Of a stretch of 64,000 nucleotides of DNA, positions 56,950-64,000 are shown piece after piece. The notes beneath the pieces are model-generated. The model was not told the DNA's origin, did no database searches, and saw only the letters and a program-made list of their open reading frames with translations. The DNA is taken from positions 64,001-128,000 of the forward strand of contig JAWLHY010000002.1 of NCBI GenBank assembly GCA_041690135.1, read 5' to 3'. The translations under genes and the position numbers were made by a program. This stretch comes from Armatimonadota bacterium (lineage in GTDB: Bacteria > Armatimonadota > SYMT01). Within the stretch, counting starts at the first letter, position 1, and the number at the start of each line of letters is the position of its first letter.

Positions 56950-57858
56950 CTACTCGACAGCGCTTCGCTCCCGGAGCAGTTCCGCCACCCGCCGCTTGGC
57001 GTTCCGCACCGCGAGCTGTAAAGGGGTGCGGCCCGCGTGGTCCCTCGCGTGGGGATCGGCGCCGGCGTCGAGCAGCAGGGCTACCACCCGCCGGCTGTCG
57101 TTTCTCTCGGCCGCCCGGTGTAGCGGCGTTCGGCCGGCCTCGTCCTGGGCATGTAACTCCGCTTTGTGCTGGAGCAGCCACGCGCCTCCCCGGGCATCGC
57201 CGTGGTGAGCGAACGCGTGCAGCAGGGTGCGCCCGTCGTTTCCATTCACGTCGGCCCCCCGGTGGACCAGGATCTCGGCGATGTCGTAGTGCCCGTTGCC
57301 GTGCCGCTGGTAATGGCCGAGCGCAAACCAGAGCGCCTGCTGGAAATCCGCGCAGGCCGTCGCCCCGGGGTCCAGGAGCAGGTGGGCGATCGCGGTGTTT
57401 CCCCCATGCCAGGCGGCCATCGCGAGCGGCGACATCCGCCAGGGCGCTTCCGGGTTCCGTGTGTCGGCGGCGCAGACGTCGGCCCCGAAGGCGATCAGCA
57501 ACTCGGCCGTTGCCAGCAGGTCCGCCGCCGTCCCCAGAGCATTCCGGCCCAGGGCCGACGCGGCGCAGTGGTGGAGCGGCGTCATGCCATGGGCGTCTGC
57601 GGTCTGCGCGAGGTGGGTGTGGGTCTCGAGCAGCGCTCGAACCAGTTCCGTGCGACCTAGGGCGGCCGCGGAGAAGAGGTCGAGCCGGGCTCCCGCCTCG
57701 AGCAGCGCGCGCACGACTGCCTCGGCGCCCGCTTCCGCCGCGAGACAGAGCTCCGAGCCGGCGAGGGCCGTCTGGGCGTCCTTCAGCCGCAACGTTCTAT
57801 GGTCCGCCGATCGGCTACCGGGGCGCTCATCTCTGCTAGCAGGAGGCTCACTCGGCAT
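56950..57858 (-). CDS. Ankyrin repeat protein
   Basis: LDLFSAAALG, GMTPLHH, GRTLLH, GRTPLHRAA, GRTPLQLA. Confidence 0.88.
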   Translation of the reverse strand: MPSEPPASRDERPGSRSADHRTLRLKDAQTALAGSELCLAAEAGAEAVVRALLEAGARLDLFSAAALGRTELVRALLETHTHLAQTADAHGMTPLHHCAASALGRNALGTAADLLATAELLIAFGADVCAADTRNPEAPWRMSPLAMAAWHGGNTAIAHLLLDPGATACADFQQALWFALGHYQRHGNGHYDIAEILVHRGADVNGNDGRTLLHAFAHHGDARGGAWLLQHKAELHAQDEAGRTPLHRAAERNDSRRVVALLLDAGADPHARDHAGRTPLQLAVRNAKRRVAELLRERSAVE

Positions 57859-58367
57859 TCCAAACCAGCTTCTGGAATCACGTGAAGCAAACGGTGCCGC
57901 CTCAACGTATATCTGCCCAAAACACAGTTGCGCTGGGCCGGCGAGGCGAAGGCTGGCGCGGGACGCGGGAAATCCGCCTGGGAGTGAACTCTGTCCAGTA
58001 GATTGATGAAGGAAGGATACTCACAGTGCCAGGATGAACTGGCAATCAGGCGGGATGTAGTTCACCCTTTGTCCATCCGCCTGGTTTGTAGAGTGCTATC
58101 CCCGGAATGACTGGTTTACTGGAATTCCGCCGAATACTGAGGGTTTCCGCACATGAGCCTGTAGCTCGCATGCGTGGGGGTCACGTGCTTATCGACCGAA
58201 GCGAACCGGTAGGTCTTCGCATTGAGCAAGGGGACGTGTGGTAGTACGTTGAGCTTGCGATGGAAGATTGTGGTGTCCTGGTAAGAGCTCTGGTCAGCAG
58301 CAACGGGACGTACTTAAAGGGCACGGAATCCGGCAGGCACTCGCCGTAGCTGGAGGCGATTGAACGC

Positions 58368-59510
58368 ATGGGGGAGACGAAACTGGCCCGGCGCGCCTTG
58401 CTGGCGGTTGCTCCGAGAATACTCGCCGGACTCTGCCTGACGACAGTGGCGCGGTTAGCGAGAGCACAAGCGGCTGGCGAAACCACTCCGGAAGCCTGGA
58501 TGCCGGCGAATGCACACGAGATTCCCGGTCGCTTCAGTACCACTGTCACGGTGACGGGAACGGTGAGGGAGTTGCTGGAGAGGAGCGAGGACACGTTTCT
58601 GTACGTAATGTTGGATGACTTCCAGAAACCGATCTTCGTGAAAGCGCGCCTGAGCTTGGGCCGGCCGGAACGGCTTCATAAGTACCAGGTGACGGGCATC
58701 GTACTGCGAGATACAGCGGATCCGCGTATTCAGGGTGGCTATTACATTTTGGCGGACACGCAAGAGCACTGGGCGCAACAACTTACTCCGCCGGAGGAAG
58801 CGAACAGGTCGGAGTGGGCGTTCCCGGCCGCTGCGGGCGGGGCAGTTTTACTGGGTGTTATGGGTGTTGGTCTTGCGCTCTCTCGACAGCGGGCTCGGCC
58901 TCTCCTGCCCCCCGGCCCCTCGAAAGAGCCGGACATCGCGAAGGCGAGGGAAAGGTTAACGCCAGTGGCCGGGACGCCGGCGAGTGGTGGGAGCGCGCAT
59001 ATACCGCCAACGGGTCAAAACAGGCCGCAGGCCCCCACGGAGCCGGGTTCCAACGTACCAGGAGCAAGCACGTTGGCACAGTGGGGCACGGTAACCTGCA
59101 ACGAAACGGGCCGAAAGGTCCCCCTGGTGGGCGAACGAATCCAGGTTGGACGAAAGCACCCCGAAGTGCCGCTTCCCGACGATGACCGATCAATATCCGG
59201 CACTCATGGAGCCTTCTCCTACGAACACAGCCAGGCATTCTACGAGGATCGGAGTACCAACGGAACCCTGATCAATGGTGAACGAATTCACAAGCGTAAG
59301 GTGTCCTTACACGATGGCGCGACAGTGCAGATTGGCAGGAGCACGTGGACATTCGCCCTGGTGACCGCTGCACCCAAGCCCCAGGGAGAACGGAGATTGT
59401 CTCGGAGCCTAACCGTTCGGGGAAGCAGCGGCGAGGCCCTCGCGGAGCGTCATGGCAACGGTGGCACCTCCACCTACTCGGCTGCTACGAGCTCCGACGG
59501 AGATGATTGA
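58368..59510 (+). CDS. Membrane FHA-domain protein with N-terminal OB-fold-like segment
   Basis: Signal-like N-terminus, VTVTGTV...YQVTGIV, TM, then FHA (QVGR, SISGTHG, STNGTLING). Confidence 0.85.
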   Translation: MGETKLARRALLAVAPRILAGLCLTTVARLARAQAAGETTPEAWMPANAHEIPGRFSTTVTVTGTVRELLERSEDTFLYVMLDDFQKPIFVKARLSLGRPERLHKYQVTGIVLRDTADPRIQGGYYILADTQEHWAQQLTPPEEANRSEWAFPAAAGGAVLLGVMGVGLALSRQRARPLLPPGPSKEPDIAKARERLTPVAGTPASGGSAHIPPTGQNRPQAPTEPGSNVPGASTLAQWGTVTCNETGRKVPLVGERIQVGRKHPEVPLPDDDRSISGTHGAFSYEHSQAFYEDRSTNGTLINGERIHKRKVSLHDGATVQIGRSTWTFALVTAAPKPQGERRLSRSLTVRGSSGEALAERHGNGGTSTYSAATSSDGDD

Positions 59511-59748
59511 GCCGGCCGCTACCACGGCGTCTATCGCGCCGCCGCGGGCGGTGACCGAATTCGTGGAGCCGGAGAAGGATCTCGAGGTCTCTCCCCCACT
59601 TCCGGCACAGCGGAATTCCACCAGGCGTCCACGTACTGTCCACAGTAAACCCATGCGCCCACGAACTTCGTCCAACGATGCTTCCCGAGATCCGAAAGCG
59701 AAAGGGAGCGGACGGAAGCGCACTTTGGCTGAACGGATCAAGCGATGA
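59503..59748 (+). CDS. Small low-complexity ORF (or frameshifted tail of the FHA gene)
   Basis: Overlaps the FHA stop and the kinase start (ATGA). Confidence 0.35.
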   Translation: MIEPAATTASIAPPRAVTEFVEPEKDLEVSPPLPAQRNSTRRPRTVHSKPMRPRTSSNDASRDPKAKGSGRKRTLAERIKR

Positions 59749-61373
59749 CAACAGTGCCCAGCCGGATTGGGAAGTACGCAGTGGTTCGCGAACTTGGCCG
59801 TGGACGCATGGGCGTCGTCTACGAGGTGCGCGACTCACAACCGGGACGGCGAGTAGCGTTGAAGATACTGCTTCCGGAACTCGCGGCGGACCAGTGGTTC
59901 GTGCAGCGGTTCCTCAACGAAGGGAGAAGCGCCGCCGCTCTTTCCCACCCGAACGTCGTAACGGTTTTTGAAGCCGGAGAGGTGGACGGTCAATACTTCC
60001 TGGCGATGGAGTATGTGGAAGGGATTGACCTCGCGCGTTTGATCCGGGAGCAGGGAGCCCTGGATGCCAGGCTCGCAGTGGACATACTGGAAAAGATCGC
60101 CGCCGGGCTCGACGCTATTCACGAGCAGGGAATTGTCCACCGGGACATTAAGCCCGATAACGTGTTGCTGGACCAGCGCGGGATGGTCAAAATCAGCGAC
60201 TTTGGGATCGCCCGAGGGGACGATGCCGCGGATGCATTCGCCGGGGGGCGGGGCCAAAGCGGCGGCGCTTCCCACCGCGGCAGAAGAGCGGATGCGATCA
60301 TCGGAACCCCGGAGTACATGTCACCTGAGCAGGCGTTAGGGAGGCCTGTCGATGCCCGCAGCGACATCTATTCCCTCGCGTGCGTGGCATATGAAATGTT
60401 TTCCGGAGAGCCCCCGTTCGGGCGAACGACGGTGGAGCGAACGGCATTATCCATCTTGGGGGCACATGCCCGTAGCGAGGCCCCACCGCTCGGCTCCCGC
60501 CGGAGCGGCGTGCCGCGCCATTTCGAACGAGCGCTGGCTCGTGCCCTATCCAAATCGCCCGAGAAGCGGTTCCCAACCGCAACCGCCTTTGTAGCGGCGC
60601 TCAACGTGAAAGAACCGCCGGTTGTGCCGGGATCCCGGCGGTCTCCCTGGTCTTACGCCGTAGTCTCCGTCAGTGGGGTGATTGCCTCGGCCGGCCTCTT
60701 TACTCTGCTGATCCCCTCTCCGCCGGAGATCGCCACTACCGCAATTCCGTCCGCAACGGTGGCGGTGAAATACCAGGCGCGCCTGGAGCCACGTGGCCCC
60801 GCGTTCACGTGGGAGTGGGGATCGGCAAATCCCCCGCCTGGGTTTCAACTCACCCCGACGGGTGAGCTAAGCGGTACCCCCATGGACGTAGGCACTCTTC
60901 CGTTGATTGTTCGCGTCAGTCGTCGCGGTAAGAGCGCTACGCGGGAACTCTTGCTTACCATTCAAAGCAACCCGGAGGCGGCAGTCTCTCATGCCAAGGA
61001 AGCAAGACGCTTTCGCCTGCGCGCTGACAAGATTGTGCGTGATGGGCAAGAGGAAATGAGATGTGCCAGAGATCAGGCAGCCATTATCCTCATTTCCGAC
61101 CGGGTCCTCAAAGACCGCACAGAGGCCCGCCGGAACGCCCTGGTGGCAGCGGAACGAGCTTTACACCTGGATGCGAAGTGTAGAATGGGCTACACAGAGC
61201 AAACCCGGGTGCTGTATTCGTGGATCCAGAGCGATGAGGACACCCCCGCGATGTCGCGCCTCTCCAGTGCGCTCACGGCGGGCCTGAAACAGTTTCCCGG
61301 AGATGCGGAGCTGACGGCCCGCCTCCGGCAGGCGAGATCCGAGTTCCCGGATTTCCCCTGGCCCAAGGAATAG
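59745..61373 (+). CDS. Hanks-type Ser/Thr protein kinase with TM, putative Ig domain and helical C-terminus
   Basis: LGRGRMG, VALK, HRDIKPDN, DFG, GTPEYMSPEQ; PPGFQLTPTGELSGTP. Confidence 0.93.
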   Translation: MTTVPSRIGKYAVVRELGRGRMGVVYEVRDSQPGRRVALKILLPELAADQWFVQRFLNEGRSAAALSHPNVVTVFEAGEVDGQYFLAMEYVEGIDLARLIREQGALDARLAVDILEKIAAGLDAIHEQGIVHRDIKPDNVLLDQRGMVKISDFGIARGDDAADAFAGGRGQSGGASHRGRRADAIIGTPEYMSPEQALGRPVDARSDIYSLACVAYEMFSGEPPFGRTTVERTALSILGAHARSEAPPLGSRRSGVPRHFERALARALSKSPEKRFPTATAFVAALNVKEPPVVPGSRRSPWSYAVVSVSGVIASAGLFTLLIPSPPEIATTAIPSATVAVKYQARLEPRGPAFTWEWGSANPPPGFQLTPTGELSGTPMDVGTLPLIVRVSRRGKSATRELLLTIQSNPEAAVSHAKEARRFRLRADKIVRDGQEEMRCARDQAAIILISDRVLKDRTEARRNALVAAERALHLDAKCRMGYTEQTRVLYSWIQSDEDTPAMSRLSSALTAGLKQFPGDAELTARLRQARSEFPDFPWPKE

Positions 61374-61419
61374 ATGGATTGCTTCCCTTCGAGTGTCGCA
61401 GAAGGAAAGGTGCACGGAG

Positions 61420-64000
61420 ATGGGCACGAAAATGGAGAGGAAGAGATTGCATTTTGGCGTATCGCTCGCCGCAATCGGCACGTGCTTCCTGGTGGGGACA
61501 TTCACGGCTTGTATTGCGCAAGACATTTCGGACGCTGAGTTCATCAAACAGCGAAATGCCGAACTGGCGCGGATCACCGGCAGTCCCACCACGCGCACGG
61601 TTCGCACCGTAGTGAAGTACGTCGAGCGAGTAGTGGTGGACCAAAAGGCGGTGCAGGCAAAGTATCTGGAAGGGCGAGAGGAGGGACGGAGAGAGGTCCT
61701 GGCGCAGATCCGGAAGGCGCCGCCCGCCGCCAGCATACTTGCAACTGCCGACGAGGAAGTTCTGAAAATTGTGCAAATCAAGGGCAAGCCGCGCGTCATC
61801 CACCATCAGCACCTGAAGGCACGGTTTGTAGACGGCCGAAATCAACCCAGAGCGGGCATGCGTGTCATCCCCGTAATTCTTCAACGCGACGCGGACGGGA
61901 AGCCGCTCCCGGAGAAAGCGTGGCCGGCAGTCGTCGCTGATACGGAGGGTCGCGTGGAAGTGCGGGATCTGCCCGTCCCCTGTGCCGTCCGCTGGGAATT
62001 GCCGCAAGAAGGGGTCCGGTTCACGGAAGTATCCGAGTGGTCGTTCCAGGACCCGCAGGCGGCACAGGTTGCCGTAACGGAATATTCGAAGGACGCGACT
62101 ATCGCCTGGAACCTCCCCCCACTCGTGCCCAACGAACGGATTGCCCGGAAGCCCACCGGGTTACTGCAACTGGCGACGAAGGAACTTCGGGGCCTTCTTC
62201 TGGCGCTGGCGCCAAAGTCCAAAGCGATACCACGCGGCAAGCCTACCGGAAAGCCACCAGCCAGGCAAAACACCGCCAAACCGGCAGTGGCTCCGAAAAT
62301 CCAGGCCGAAGCCGAGAGCTTGTTGAATGCTGCCAGAAGCGCTTATGAGGATGGCGCGGAGAACCTCAAGATTGCGGACCGAGAGCTATACTCCCTTGAC
62401 AGCAGCATCCGGACTCGCGCCGTGGCCAAGCTCCGGGAGGCGATTGCGGCCGCGGAGGCGGCTTCCAGGCTCCTCCGGTTTAAGGATGCCCGCGCATGCG
62501 ATTACCAGGCGCGCGCCGTCTACTGGCTTCCGGAGAAAGGGTCCAAAGAGCTTGCCCTTAGGAAACTCCAGGCAGGGCTGAAGCTTCTTCCGCGGAACCC
62601 GCTACTCCTGAAGGCACTGGAGGAACTCCGTAATTCGCCGGACGAGGCGGACCGCATCCGGCTTGTGGCACGCAAACGCCTCGCAAACGCGGAAGCGCAG
62701 CGAGAAAAGGATGGATTGACGGACGGCACCCGCAAATTGCTGGAGGAAGTGATCCGGGAAGCTACGCAGACAATCGTGTTGAACAACGATCTTGCCGACG
62801 CCTATCTGCTCGCAGGGCGCGCCAGGCTCGGTCTGGATCAAGTCAAGGAGGCTAAAGTGTTCGTGGAGGCCGCTGTAGTGCGGTTTCCCCTGCACATAGA
62901 ACTCAAGGACCTTCTCGGTCATATCCTGAAGGTCCTCGAAGGGTGCCAAGACCCAATCGTAGCCCATCACATCCAGAATGCGGAGGCAATTGTGCTGGTA
63001 CGCAACATCGCTGACTTCACGATCTCCGGCCTACCTTCCGACACAAGTCTTCACGTGCCGGCCGCCCTTCTCGCCGGGAAGCTGGGCCAACCGGGCAAGT
63101 CCTGTGAAGTAGCCGATGAAACCCGCCAGGAAATGCACAGCCTGGAGGAACTGCCGGTGGAACGCCGGGCCGGCAAAGTCCACTTTCAGTTGCCGGTTTA
63201 CGCTCTGGGAAACCGGGAATTCCCCATTCGCGCCGATCGCGAGACGGGCGAAGCGGTGTGGGAGGGGCTCCTGACCATCGACGCACGGAAGAATCGACCG
63301 GATCCTTACGCGACAGAGAATCTGCTGGAGGCGCCGAAGCTCAACCTGATTCGGATCAAGAAACTGGATTTGAAAGCGGCGGATGTTTTGGTCACAAAGG
63401 CCGCGCTGGAAGAAGGGCTCAACATCGCGTTCGATGACCTCCTGCCGGGTCAGAAGCCTCCCAAGAAACCAAAGGTGATCCCGGCCGGTAAGGTGCTCGC
63501 CAGACGGACAATGGAAACAATGCAGTCGTGGTGGGAGGAGACGCCCGACTATGCCATCCATTTCCGGGTATCGCCGACAGCGCGTATCTTCGATGAGGAT
63601 CGGAAGGGCCAACCGCTCAAGGATAGAGCGGAATTGGAGGGCCGTATCACGAAGAGCACATTGCTGGCGGACGTGCTGCGCTTGAAATCTGCCGCAGCCG
63701 GTAACGTAGCGGGCATCACCGTGGGGGCGACGGAAGGCACGATCATCCGGACTCTCGGGGAGCCGGAAGAGCGCGGGACCGACGGAGGTCGTGCCGCTCT
63801 CGCCTACCTGGATCGCGGCCTGCTCTTCCGCCTCCAGGGGGATCGGGTTGCGGAGATTGACGTCCTTCGGTCAGCGCAGTTGCTGCGGTCCGGCACCACC
63901 GCGTTCGCGCCCCGCACGCTGGCCCGTGTATTTCTGGATGAGTTCGAGACCTACCCCGAGGCTCGGTTTCCGACTGCCCAGGCATTCAAGCGCTTCCTCG
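61420..64000 (+). CDS. Large secreted protein with TPR-like region (runs off right edge)
   Basis: Manually read open frame 1 from MGTKMERKRLHFGVSLAAIGTCFLVG to ...AQAFKRFL with no stop; LADAYLLAGRARLGL TPR-like helices; absent from the ORF track because truncated. Confidence 0.85.
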   Translation, partial: MGTKMERKRLHFGVSLAAIGTCFLVGTFTACIAQDISDAEFIKQRNAELARITGSPTTRTVRTVVKYVERVVVDQKAVQAKYLEGREEGRREVLAQIRKAPPAASILATADEEVLKIVQIKGKPRVIHHQHLKARFVDGRNQPRAGMRVIPVILQRDADGKPLPEKAWPAVVADTEGRVEVRDLPVPCAVRWELPQEGVRFTEVSEWSFQDPQAAQVAVTEYSKDATIAWNLPPLVPNERIARKPTGLLQLATKELRGLLLALAPKSKAIPRGKPTGKPPARQNTAKPAVAPKIQAEAESLLNAARSAYEDGAENLKIADRELYSLDSSIRTRAVAKLREAIAAAEAASRLLRFKDARACDYQARAVYWLPEKGSKELALRKLQAGLKLLPRNPLLLKALEELRNSPDEADRIRLVARKRLANAEAQREKDGLTDGTRKLLEEVIREATQTIVLNNDLADAYLLAGRARLGLDQVKEAKVFVEAAVVRFPLHIELKDLLGHILKVLEGCQDPIVAHHIQNAEAIVLVRNIADFTISGLPSDTSLHVPAALLAGKLGQPGKSCEVADETRQEMHSLEELPVERRAGKVHFQLPVYALGNREFPIRADRETGEAVWEGLLTIDARKNRPDPYATENLLEAPKLNLIRIKKLDLKAADVLVTKAALEEGLNIAFDDLLPGQKPPKKPKVIPAGKVLARRTMETMQSWWEETPDYAIHFRVSPTARIFDEDRKGQPLKDRAELEGRITKSTLLADVLRLKSAAAGNVAGITVGATEGTIIRTLGEPEERGTDGGRAALAYLDRGLLFRLQGDRVAEIDVLRSAQLLRSGTTAFAPRTLARVFLDEFETYPEARFPTAQAFKRFL

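Overview
High-GC bacterial chromosomal segment. The gene repertoire and protein style tentatively suggest a diderm such as Armatimonadota (inference only). It holds about 55 CDSs: ABC transporters, three ankyrin proteins, a fused two-module M16 peptidase, an ECF sigma/anti-sigma pair, a SEDS-PBP fusion with an FhaA-like partner, a sulfatase and phosphoesterases, tRNA-Pro(CGG) with a patchwork of accessory genes and remnants on its 3' side, a UgtP/LtaA/YkoP-like glycolipid module, a GH4 glycosidase, aspartokinase, a TolB-like/M28 pair, an orphan TolC, and an FHA/Ser-Thr kinase/TPR cluster running off the right end. The most striking structure is a set of related repeats. (i) Four diverged copies of a ~120-bp GTCATTGCGAG...CGTGGCAA-CCCCCTGGTCAGGG element, each beside 6-8-mer tandem arrays. 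(ii) Genes bracketed by inverted short-repeat arrays, including a GxxExxY nuclease. (iii) Short-repeat arrays of the same kind lying in frame inside two enzymes: an 86-codon insert in an amidohydrolase and the linker of the M16 peptidase. No CRISPR array, rRNA, integrase or transposase was recognised. All calls are by eye; no searches were run.
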